Positions 52,120-64,000 of a stretch of DNA of 64,000 nucleotides are shown here, piece by piece. The stretch is taken from the NCBI GenBank assembly GCA_051294375.1, contig CM119267.1, positions 18,617,972 to 18,681,971 on the forward strand, read 5' to 3'. Within the stretch, counting starts at the first letter, position 1. The number at the start of each line of letters is the position of its first letter. The notes beneath the pieces were generated by a model. That model ran no database searches. It was not told where the DNA came from and saw nothing but the letters and a program-made list of their open reading frames with translations. The translations under genes and the position numbers were made by a program. Source of the stretch: Paraspadella gotoi. Its lineage: Eukaryota; Animalia; Chaetognatha.

Positions 52120-55100
52120 AACCGGAAACCAGTGGTGTGAATGACAACAACAACGACGATGACAGTGAAGACTTGATCCCTACTCTCGTTTCCCTTTTTT
52201 TTTCTCAATAACATCGTTTGCCGGATACACTCGGCAGAGGGCAGGGGCGCGGATGCGTGGAAGTGGAAGAGAAATGAGGGATGTGGAAAATAAATCGGAG
52301 AAGCGGAAACAAAGACAAAACGAATAGAGAGAAAATGAAAATATAATAAAAATGGTAACCGATGGGTTTACGGCGTCGAATTGCAGCTGCGGCAGAAAAG
52401 GCGTAGATGCTGCGAATGCGGCGCTGTTGAATTTCCTGCTGCGGCTAAGGCGGTACAGTTTTAAATATGAACTTTGTCAAAGGCGATTCTCTTTGTAATG
52501 GATTTTAAGCTGCAGCAAAGGCATCTGCATTAAATTGTATGCTGCTACGAAAGCATTGCAGTTTCGATTCCACGCTGCAGCAGAAGCAGTGCCGTCGTGA
52601 TAAAAATTGACAGCAGCGACAACTTTTACGCTGCGGAGAATGCGACGCCGAAAGCAAATGCACCTTGCACATTGCACATTGCTCATTGCACANNNNNNNN
52701 NNNNNNNNNNNNNNNNNGAGAGAGAGAGATCGAGAAGAGAGAGAGAGTGCTTCCGATGAAGAGGGCTGTAGCAAAATAAAAAAAAGGAATTAAAAAAACA
52801 TTAGACTCGACGGGTAATCCGACTTTCCATTCGCAGCGGGATTAAGGAGTCAGGGATTCGAACGTCCGATCCGAGCGCACGCCTATTTTTTTTTTTTTTT
52901 TTCTTCTGTTTTCGCGCCGCAGGAATCACGATTAACGAGCACCTCAGGTCTGGCTCTGCCCGCAATTAAAGGCGAAGATCCTGTTATAATTGCCGCAGAT
53001 CCATTGACGGTCTAATCCAAAGATTGCGCAATAGCTTTTGGAATACGAAGAAACACGAAGCGTTTTAACAGAGTCGCGTCCCTATGAGTTAAGCGATGTC
53101 GATTTTGAGTTTGCCGCAACTCTATGGAACTATTCTTCGAGGGTCTGCGGCAATCATGGATTTTTTTAAGATTTTTACGCACAACTGAAATACGGCGCCG
53201 TCTTTCCGCAGTTCCCCCCGCCCATCTTTCCGACGGATTTTAAAAATCCTTCTGCTCGACGCCATCACCTCGAGAATGGCCATTCATTAAAAGGCACTTA
53301 GTCTGAGGAGAGCGCCTTTCGATTAATTGACTCTTCTAGCTTACAGGGTTGGTTTTATATTTTTTTTTTTAGTTTTTTTTTTGTGGCCCGAAACAATGAA
53401 ACACATGAAAAAGAAAACAAGGTCGGACATCTGGCTTTAGCGGAATTGAAAACGGCGCCACCTCGATCGAAGAAATGACTAGCGACATTAATCACGCGGG
53501 TCGGTTTTCCCCTTTTTTTTTTTTTTTAATTTCCTTTTCGAAGCCAAAATATTTATATCGGCGGGAAAAAAAAACTCGTTTGCCTGGGCCTCCACTTACC
53601 TCCCCCCATCTCTTCCCTCTAGCTGCTCACCCCGCCGGCGACGGGAGAAAACATTCTTACCCGGTTTTATATATTTTGATGGATGTCTGTGGGAAAATAG
53701 AAAAGTTGGATCGAGAGAAAAAAAATCGTTGGAAAACACAAAGACGGCGAAAGGAAAGAGAGAGAATTGGAAAAAAGTCTCAAGCAAAAGATGAAAATGA
53801 GCGAAAAGAAATGTCTCCGAGCGAAAACAGAAGCTTTAACCTAATTTTTTGAGTTCTTTATCTTTTTTTTCACATACTTATTTTTCTCGGATGATTAAAG
53901 TTAACAAAACTCAGAGTGTAGGAAGTGATGATAAAGTCCTTTTTTTTGGTGGGGGCGGAGGCAAAAAAGAAAGAATACTTTTTAAAGATAAAAGAAAATT
54001 GAAACCAAGCTTTATATGTGAGAAGGATTAAAAATTCTTTGTTTTTTTTCAAGATTTCGAGATTGCTCTTTAAATCCCCCTTATTTTTCCTTGCAGGTTT
54101 AATACCATTCGTGGTAGAGTCTTTTTTCTTTTTGTGTGAGTCTGCTAGTTTGTGTGTGAAACAAGAACTTTTAAGTTTAAATTAAGCCTCGTTCTTCAAT
54201 AAAATAATACTTAAAAACCTTCGAGAGGCTTTAAATAACTTTCCGAGAGAATCTTTTTCGTTGAAGTCATGGATTTTCGTTGTTTTTTTTTTGTTTTTGT
54301 TTTTGGCTTTGAAACAAAATAATGCTCCAGTGTCATCAGTCATATGTCATAAGTATCACTTGCTACTTTCCTGTTTCTTGCGTTTCCAATTTGTGTGCGG
54401 TGCTGAAGCAAATTTGCAAAAAAAAGGGGAAAAAAAAACCGGTTGGCTTCACTAGAAGTAAAACTTATCCTTGTCTCATACCAGTTCTAACGCGAAAACA
54501 TTCCTCTCTCTCTCTCCTCTCTCTTCTCTACTCTCCTCCTCTCTTCTCCCGCTCTCCCCCTCCCTCCCTTTTTTATACTATTAATTGATTTTTCTTGAGA
54601 GTAGCTGACAAACAGATGTTCTATTCTTTCGATCTGTAACGAAATAATGGCGCAGTTTATTCGATCTTTTTATTAAAGGGGGTCGGTAGGGGGGGCGGGG
54701 GAGGGAGGGAAGCAAGGTAAATTGCAAGAAGGCAACGCTATATATCTGGAAATTGCATGGCCGTCTCGCTGCTTTGTTTTCGTTTTGTCGTTGCCGGAGT
54801 TTTTGCTTTCTTGTTGTTCGTCCTAATGTCTTCCTTTCATTGACTTTGTTTTCGTTTTTGTGATTACATGTTTGTCTCGTTTTTTATTTCAATACTTGTG
54901 GTCATTTTAATTGTTTCGCTGCTTTGTCGTCCGTAGTTTTTGTAATAATCATTGGTCGAATTCAGATGTTTTCACTGTTAATCTTGTTGTTATTCTTGGT
55001 TTCTGTGTTTATTCAAGTGTACTCACTCGTTATATCGTATATCGCTAGCTTACGCTGTTACGTTTCTTGTCCCTTGTTGCTTTGTTTTCCGTTGTCGTCG

Positions 55101-56789
55101 TCGTCTTTGTTGTTTTTATTAGCATTTTTTCTCCGCTAACGTTGGTCGTTGGCCATAACGGTTATGGAATCTCACCGTTCGGGCTTTTAGCCAATTAAAT
55201 ATTCATTATCCAGATCTCACCCCCTCGCCGACCTCGTGGATATATAGTTACATCCGGGGTCGGCCTCTAAATCTCATGTTTACGTATAGTATTTAAACCT
55301 TGAAATTATATACGGGGTTGCCCTCTATGAAACTGATTGTACTTCCGTGATCAACATATTGAAACTTCCGCTTAATTCGCTGTCGTCTCAAAAGCGTCAA
55401 CGTATTAACATCCGGGGAATTCCTCGATGCGAAGGAATGTCTATCGCATGGCAAAGAAACATTATCAACAAAAGTAGAATTTTATTTCCACATAAACGCT
55501 CCTCGTTGATTTTATTTTCATCCAGTTATGTCGCGTATTTTTTCGTCCGTCGACCTGACCGAAATTCCATCCCCTTTGATCCCTCGATATATCGGGAATT
55601 CATCGGCCGAAAGGAAAGGGGCGACCGAGAGGCGTTAATGGAGTCCACAGATGAGCCGGATATATGGAGTCCGGGTGGTTTATGGGGCGAGAGTGAAGGC
55701 AGCGAAGGGAGGAAGGAAGGTGGGCGTGGCTGGCCTAGGATTTGGTCGTCCATCGTCGACCTTGTACGTCGACTCGGATTAAACTTACCTTTGACTTTGC
55801 CGGGAGAGATTAAAAACCTCGTAATCGCTGATCGCACGTCTTTAAGAAAAAAAAATTCCAAGAGTTGAGAGAGAGTGATAATTTTTTAGCTCATATTTTT
55901 TTAAAATTTAACACATGGGTAAATACGTAATTAGTTTAGGTACAAGGTCAATAGTTCGGAAGCTGTTTAATAATATTCATTAGCCAATAGCCGGAGCAGT
56001 TAACAAACTGAGCGAAGCAAACGATAATTATAGGACCCTTTAGGTTTTCCTTTGAAGCGAGAAGGGAAGGAAAAAAAATGATTCCGAGCGTGGTTTCTTT
56101 AGTTGCTTGGTCGATTGCTTGGCTCGTTCCTTCCATTTGTGCCCGAAAAACCCTTCGTCGGTTTTACGCCTCAACGATTCTTTCTCTTTGAAGCGACTAC
56201 TCAATAACCGATTAAATCTCGGACAGCCGATAACTATGACGACGACGNNNNNNNNNNCGACGACGACGACGGACGGCAAAAGGCACCGATTAAGACTCGG
56301 TCAAGCGGACGAGACACAAATTGTCGGGTAAGCGAGGGTAAGTCGACGAGGGGGGCGGCGGGGGCGCGGCCCTTTTGAACTCCAGTTCCTCTGACGGGAC
56401 GACGAAAGTCTGAAGTCTGACCAAGGGATTGAACGATAGAGGGACGAAGTTTAAAGGCGATCGTAAATGGAAGAAGGACGAATTTGGACGAAATAGCGAC
56501 GAACGTGACTTAAGAAATTTCGGTTGTTAGGTACATCGGCAATAGCAAATGAGAGCGATATTGACAAGAAAAAAAAAAAAGAATGGTAAGCCAAATAATA
56601 ATACTAATATGATTCTCACAAAAAATGCTCGCGCAAAACAAACTCAGTCCCCAAAAAAAAACATCCAAAACAAAAGAAGAAAAACAAATTAGAAACAACC
56701 GACGAGAACCACAAAAACAAATATCACCTTCTTCTGGTCAACGAATCTCCCCTCGCGGCTCGAATCGATTTCGATTCGCGTCGGAAAAA

Positions 56790-56811
56790 ACTCGAATGCG
56801 TGGCGACACAA

Positions 56812-56844
<33 letters not shown>

Positions 56845-59328
56845 TTCTTCATCATCATCATCTTCCCTGTCATCGTCGTCGTAGTCATTATCATCGTCGT
56901 CATCATCGCAGTCGTCGCCGTTAAAACGATTCACTACAAACAAAAACGCGACGAGGCGACTGACCCGTCAACGACCGCTGCGGCGGACTGCGGATCCGAA
57001 ATGCAGCGGCGGAGGGCTGCTGCGCTGGACGTCGTAAATGCCTTACCCTGTTTTTGTCGGCATTCGATGTAACGAATGGTCATATCTTTTAATTGATTCG
57101 TTCGAGATATCGAGAAACATATCTTATAATTATAATGAAATTTTATTTTGAAAAAAAAAAGAATATATTTTTCTAAACTAATCGATTGTACCACATGATG
57201 GAGAGAAAATATCTTTCAGTCATTCCGGTGCCCATTTCCAGATTTGCCTCGTATTTTCCCACAGGCATCAAGCCACTTTCTATGATCTCAAGACCATTCC
57301 TCTCTTTATTTACCTACTTTCGTATAACAAACGACCGAAAATGGTCTGTGAACTTTTTTTATCACCAAACTTTTCTAACTCGTCATTCTCAGAGCCTGTT
57401 TTTACTTCTTCTTTTTTCCTTACCCGCAATAGCTGTTTTTTTTTTCCAAGCTGTCAAATACCCATTACCATTTTTTGTAAGTTACTGAGATTTTGCCTAA
57501 GAAGTTATGTATTAAACCCGTTCATATTTTCCTTATCAATAATTAAATGTGTTGCTAAAAAGCGACTCTATGCGGAAAAAAATATATAAAGATGGTCCAT
57601 TGTTTTCACGTTCTCGATTTCGCTCGCATTGCGCGGCCGATGCTCTTTTTTTTTTCTCTACTGGAAAAAATATGATTAATGCAGCTCGAGGGGAAATGGA
57701 AAAAAAGAGATTCNNNNNNNNNNNNNNNNNNNNNNNNNGACGCGAATCGAATCGAGAAAATTTTTTTGTCGTCAGCGAAGAAAAACAAATTTTTAGGAAA
57801 TAAATAAAATGTACGATATACAAAAACTAATATCATCATCATGAAAATTAATTAAATCGAAAGCCGAAAAAAAAATTTAATCTTTATTTTTTCTGGAGAT
57901 CAGAGACAGAACAAAACTACAACACGAATTAATCGGATTTTCTAATAACAAAACAAAGAATTAACGAGAAAATAAACTCTTACTCGAACGACCGGAAAAG
58001 GGCAAACACCTTGATGCATCTGATTTTCAATTTTTTTTCGTCATTTCTCGTTAAATTTCTCATTCGAGTCGAAAGCAATCTCCAATATCTGCCTGAGAAA
58101 TGTTTTAGGAATAAAAAAAAAGTTAATAATTGGTTTTTTCGACTTCAACTTTTTTTTTCTTCTTCCGTTCCAATAATCCTCGTTATCGTCGTCGTCGTCG
58201 TCGTCGTCGTCGTCATTATCATCGTCGTCGTGACCATCGCCAGGTTTGTCGGCCTCCCGTCGTTACACGTGCATCTGTCATCGGTTTTTCCATCACCGAC
58301 TCTTGTTGCCTGTCGTCGAATTTGTCATCCAAATTGTTTTCTTCGAACGATCAACTTCTGTTTTATTTTTTGTTTTTTTCAAGTTTATTACAAATCCGTT
58401 AATGCAGTTCGTTTGTTCGTTTCCCTTCGTCTAAATTGCCGAAAGTAAATAAACTTTGATCTCTTTTTCGCCGTCGAATTAGCGGAGCTCCTAATTCCGA
58501 AGATTTCGGGGGTTCCCTAAAAAGCGTCTTTNNNNNNNNNNCGAGGAAATCGAGAGTGAAAACAAATGGACCATTTTATATATATTTTTTTCCGATAGAG
58601 GTCGTTTTTTTTAACAACATTTTATTATTGATAAGGAGAAATATGAACGGGTTTAATAATTAACTTCTTAGGCAAAATCTCAGTAACTTACAAAAAATGT
58701 AATGGGTATTGCAGCTTTGGAAAAAAAAACAGCTATTGGCGGGTAAGGAAAAAAGAAAGAAAGTAAAAACAGGCTCTGAGAATGACGAGTTTAGAAAGTT
58801 GGTCATAAAAAAAGTTCACAGTCATGTTTTGGTCTTAGTTATACGAAAGTAGGTAAATAAAGAGAGGAATGGTCTTGAGATCATAGAAAGTGGCTTGATG
58901 CCTGTGAGAAAATACGAGGCAAATCTGGAAATGGGCACCGAATGACTGAAAAGATATTTTCTCTCCATCATGTGGTACATCGATTAGTTTAGAAAAATAT
59001 ATTCTTTTTTTTTTTCAAAATAAAATTTAATTATAATTATAAGATATGTTTCTCGATATCTCGAACGAATCAATTAAAAGATATGACCATTCGTTACATC
59101 GAATGCCGACAAAAACAGGGTAAGGCATTTACGACGTCCAGCGCAGCAGCCTCCGCCGCTGCATTTCGGATCCGCAGTCCGCCGCAGCGGTCGTTGACGG
59201 GTCAGTCGCCTCGTCGCGTTTTTTTTTGTAAGTGAATCGTTTTTACGGCGACGACTGCGATGATGACGACGATGATAATGACTACGACGACGATGACGAG
59301 GAAGATGATGATGATGAAGAATGACGTG

Positions 59329-59363
<35 letters not shown>

Positions 59364-60415
59364 TTGTGTCTCCACGCATTCGAGATTTTTTCGACGCGAA
59401 TCGAATCGAGAAAATTTTTTTGTCGTCAGCGCCGCCGCATCGGTCGTTGACGCGGTCAGTCGCCTCGTCGCGTTTTTTTTGTAAGTGAATCGTTTTTACG
59501 GCGACGACTGCGATTGATACGACGATTGATAATGACTACGACGACGATGACGGGAAGATGATGATGATGAGAATGACGCTGACGACGACGACGACGACGA
59601 CGACCGACGATTGTGTCGCCACGCATTCGAGTTTTTTCCGACGCGAATCGAATCGAGAAAATTTTTTGTCGTCAGCGAAGCAAAAAAAAATTTTTAGGAA
59701 ATAAATAAAATATGACATACGATATACAAAGAACTAATATCATCCATCAATGAAAATTAATTAAATCGAAAGCGAAAAAAAACATTTCTTCATCTTTATT
59801 TTTCTGGAATCAAGAGACAAACAAAACTATCAACACGAATCTAATCGTGATTCTTCTAATAACAAAACAAAAATTAACGAGAAAATAAACTCTTACTCGA
59901 ACGACCGGAAAAGGGCAAACACCTTGATGCATCTGATTTTTTTTTTTTCGTCATTTCTCGTTAAATTTCTCATTCGAGTCGAAAGCAATCTCCAATATCT
60001 GCCAGAGAAATGTTTTAGGAAAAAAAAAAAGTTTAATAATTGTTTTTCGACTTCAACTTTTTTTTCTTCTTCCGTTCCAATAATCCTCGTTCTCGTCTTC
60101 GTCGTCGTCGTCGTCAATCATGTGCATCACGGTTTGCTCGTCGTTCAGTGATCCCATCCGGTTTTTTCCATCAACCGACTCTGTGTTGCCTGTCGTCGAA
60201 TTTGTCATCCAAATTGTTTTTCTATCGAAACGACAACTGTCTGTTTTTATTTTTTTTTTTTTCAAATTATACAAATCCGTGTAATGCAGTTCGTTTGTTC
60301 GTTTCCCTTCGTCTAAATTGCCGAAAGTAAAATAAACTTTGATCTCTTTTCGCGTCTGAAATTAGCGGTGCTCCTAAATTCCGAAGATTTCGGGGGTTCC
60401 CTAAAAAGCGTCTTG
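56790..60415. repeat. Mixed inverted and direct duplications (~56830-57605 inverted at ~58560-59370; ~57739-58530 direct at ~59640-60415)
   Basis: Reverse-complement and direct matches flanking the N gaps at 57714 and 58532. Confidence 0.8.
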
Positions 60416-60589
60416 TCTAACTCTCCCTACCCATCCTCCCCCTCCGCCCCCTCCATCCCTCGTCTGTGATTATCCTATGAGCTGGAGTGTCTCCCGCTTC
60501 TTGATTTCGCGTTCAAATCACCGAAACACGACCCTCTTCACATCTCTCTACTACTTTTGAAGAGGCAAATCAAGTTTCGGAGGGTTTTC

Positions 60590-60599
60590 TCCTTTCTTA

Positions 60600-60693
<94 letters not shown>

Positions 60694-63318
60694 AACCGCA
60701 CCCAAGCCACGCCCGTTTTTTAAACCCCAAATCCCCTTTAAGTTCAGGACTCCCTGCCTCGCCTTTCTTTTCTACCGCTTCTTTTTTCCTCCCGATTCCC
60801 CACTTCTCTCTCGTTCGTCCTAATTGTGTCTTTCTCCTCCCCCCGCACATCTTCACTCCCCCACTTTTCTCCTCCCCCCTCTCTCTCTCCCTCTTTTTCG
60901 ACTAAGAGCCCCCCACGCGAAAGAAAAAAAAAAGTAAAAAAAAAAACCGCGTATTTTTGGTGAAATGTTTTGAAAATGGCCAGGAGTGGAACGCCAGGGG
61001 GGCGACCCCCTCGGAGGGGAGAGGAATACGTTTCCCGGAGGATTAGGCGTGATTGCGGGCGCAGGCGGATGATGGGGGGCGGGGAGAGGGCTGGAGCGAG
61101 GGAGGTTTACTGGGCAACGTTTTTAAACGGTACATCGGTCGACGGAAAGGCGGAAACATTTAAGTTTCATGTTTTCGGAAGGTATGTCCGAGACGAGGAG
61201 AGAGAGAGAGAGAGAAGTAGAGAGAAGAGAGAGAGAGAAGAGAGAGACGAGAGAGGAGAGAAGAAGCGAGAGATGGATCTTTTCGCGCTTGAAGAACTGG
61301 TAATGAGACAAGGTAAGGTTTTACTCTAGTGAGCAACCGGTTTTTTTCCCCTTTTTTTTGCAAATTTGCTTCACCGCACACAAAATTACAACGCAAGGAA
61401 AACAGGAAGAGCATGATATCTATGACATATGACTGTGACATGAGCCATTATTTTTGTTTCAAACCAAAACACAAAAACAAAAAAAACAACGAAAATCCAT
61501 GACCTTCAAACAAAAAGATTCTCTCGGAAAGTTTTTAAAGCCTCTCGAAGTTTTTTAAGTATTATTTTATTGAAAACGCGAGCTATTTAAACTTAAAGAT
61601 TCTGTTTCACACACAAACTAGCAGACTCACACAAAGAAAAAAAGACTCTCACACAGAATGGTATTAAACCTGCAAGGAAAAATAGGGATTTAAAGAGCAA
61701 TCTCGAAAATCTTGAAAAAAAACCAAAGAATTTTATCCTTTCTCACATATAAAGCTTGGGTTTCATTTTTTTTAATCTAAAAAGTATTCTTCTTTTTTTT
61801 GCCTCCGCCCCCACCACAAAAAAAAGAGCTTTATCTCATTCCTACACTCTAGAGTTTTGTTAACTTTATCATCGAGACAAAGATGGAAAAAAAAGATTAA
61901 AGAATCAAAAATTAAGGTTAAGCTTCTGTTTTCGCTCGGAGACATTTCTTTCCTTCATTTTCATCTTTTGCTTGAGACTTTTTTCAATTCTCTCTCTTTT
62001 CTTTCGCCGTCTTTGTTTTCCAACGATTTTTTTTCTCTCGATCCAACTTTTCATTTTCAGACTCATCAAAATATATAAACCGTAGAATGTTTTCTCCCGT
62101 CGCCGCGGGGGTGACGCTTAGAGGGAAGAGATGGGGGGAGGTAAGTGGAGCCCAGGAAACAGTTTTTTTCCCGCGATATAAATATTTTGGTTCGAAGGAA
62201 ATAAAAAAAAAAAAAAATGATTTATTCGTATCTTATTTTCTTCGAATCCAAAAATTTATATCGCGGAAAAAAAAATGTTTCCTGGGCTCCACTTACTCCC
62301 CCCCCATCTCTCCCCTCTAGCGTTGCGAAGGGGCCACCCGCGGCGACGGGGAGAAAACATTCTACGGTTTTATATATTTTGATGAGTCTGGAAAAAAAAG
62401 TTGGATCGAGCAGAAAAAAAATGTTGGGAAAGACAAAAGACGGCGAAAGAAAGAGAGAGAATGAAAAAGTCCTTCAAGCAAAAGATGAATGAATGAAAGA
62501 AATGTCTCCGAGCGAAAACAGAAGGCGGTGGTAACCTTAATTTTTGATTCCTTTATCTTTTTTTTTCCTTTTTTGTTCTCGATTGATGAATAGGTTAACA
62601 AAACCTCAGAGGTGTAGGAATGAATAAAGTCCTTTTTTTGTGGGGGGCGCGGAGGCAAAAAAGAGAAAGAATACTTTTTAAGATAAAAATAAATTGAGTA
62701 ACCCAAGCGTTTCATATGTGAGAAGGACTAAAAATTTCTTAGTGATTTTTTTTTCAAGATTTTTCGAGAGTTGCTCTTTAAAATCCCCTTATTTTTTTGT
62801 TCCTTGCAGGCTTTAATACACTTCGTTGGGTAGAGAGTCTTTTTTTCTTTCTTGTGTGAGTCTGCTAGTTTTGGTAGTGTTGTTTCGAAACTGAAAGAAT
62901 CTTTAGAGTGTTAAAATTAGCCCTCGTTGGCTAATAAAATAACTACTTAAAAAAACGTCGAGAGGCTTTTAAATAACTTTCCGAGAGAATCTTTTTCGTT
63001 TGAAAGTCATGGATTTGCGCTTGTTTTTTTTGTTTTTGTTTGGATCTTGGAAACAAAAATTAATGGGCTAGTTTGTTTTTTCATATTGTTATGATTCCAG
63101 AGTTTCCAGTCATATGGCATAATATCATTGCTACTTCGTTTCCTTGCGTTTCGAATTAGTTTGGCGCGTGTGAGAGGGCCAAATTTGGGGCAAAAAAAAG
63201 TAGCGGAAAAAAAACCCGGGTCTGGCACTAGAGTAAAAGCCTATATCCTATGATCTGCATATTACCAGGTTGCTAACAGGCGCGTGGAAAAAGACACATC
63301 TCTCTCCTGCTCTCTCTC

Positions 63319-63355
<37 letters not shown>

Positions 63356-63960
63356 TCTCTACTCTCTCTCTCTCTCTCTCTCTCGGACATTCCGTCACAA
63401 CATGAGAACTTTAAAATGTTTCGCCTTTCCGGTCGACGAGTGTACCGTTTAAAAACGTTTTGCCCAGTAAACTGCCTCGCTCCAGCCCTCTCCCGCCCCC
63501 CCATCTTCCCCTGCGCCCGGCAATCACCCTTAATCCTCCCGGGGAACTATTGCCCCTCTCCCCTCCGAGGGGTCGCCCTGGGCGTTCCACCTCCTGGCCA
63601 TTTTCCAAAACATTTTCATACCAAAATCACTGCCAGGTTTTTTTTTTACTATTTTTTTCACTTTTCCGTCGCGGGGCTCTTTTAGTCGAAAAAGAGGGAG
63701 AGAGAGGGGGGGAAGGAGAAAAATGGGGAGTGAAGATGGGCGGGGGGGAGGAGAAGACACAATTGGACGAACGGAGAGAGAAGTTGGGGAATCGTGAGGA
63801 AAAAAGAAGCCTTGGGTACTAGAAAAGAAGGACGAGGCAGAGAGGTCGGACTTAAAGGGGATTGGGGGTTTAAAAACGGACGTGAGGCCTTGGGTGCCTG
63901 GTTAGAGAGAGAGATGAAGGAGATGAGAGAGAACTGAAGAGAGAGAGAGAGAGAGAGACG
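60590..63960. repeat. ~3.4-kb fold-back (palindrome) centred at ~62225; arms also match 53520-54530
   Basis: ccgcgatataaatattttggttcgaagg... is mirrored by ...cttcgaatccaaaaatttatatcgcgg, and the reverse-complement match continues out to the AG microsatellites. Confidence 0.82.
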
Positions 63961-64000
63961 AGAGGAGGAGAGAGAGAGAGAGTGACTGAGACGCATGGAG

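Noticed and set aside
55347-55868. 173-aa ORF
   Set aside because: It has a GTG start, no recognisable motif and no convincing splice context.

Overview
Eukaryotic genomic DNA, probably from an invertebrate animal (inference), from a gapped, noisy assembly. It is AT-rich with many (AG)n, (GAC)n and (TCTTC)n microsatellites, and almost all ORFs in the supplied track are microsatellite artefacts. Reading splice sites by hand gives four spliced genes in the first 35 kb. (1) A + strand BK-channel beta-subunit-like gene (KCNMB/CaKB family), about 7966-27535. (2) A complete 6-exon, 239-aa selenoprotein glutathione peroxidase on the - strand (11584-18647), nested in an 11.4-kb intron of gene 1. It has an in-frame UGA (Sec90) and a SECIS-like hairpin in its 3' UTR whose apical motif is GAG instead of AAR. 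(3) A 3-exon secreted C-type lectin on the - strand (24174-25108), lying in another intron of gene 1. (4) The 3' five exons of an EGF-CCP-Ephrin_rec_like (SVEP1/SCUBE-like) gene with an acidic/basic tail on the - strand (29977-34352). The window also holds two copies of a tRNA-derived SINE, an unidentified multi-hairpin ~300-nt GC island in GPx intron 1, a TA-flanked MITE with a matching empty site, a 156-bp higher-order satellite and a 10-bp CpG satellite. Positions 35-64 kb are mostly tandem and inverted duplications around 25-N gaps and are probably largely assembly artefacts. All calls come from manual reading; no database searches were run.
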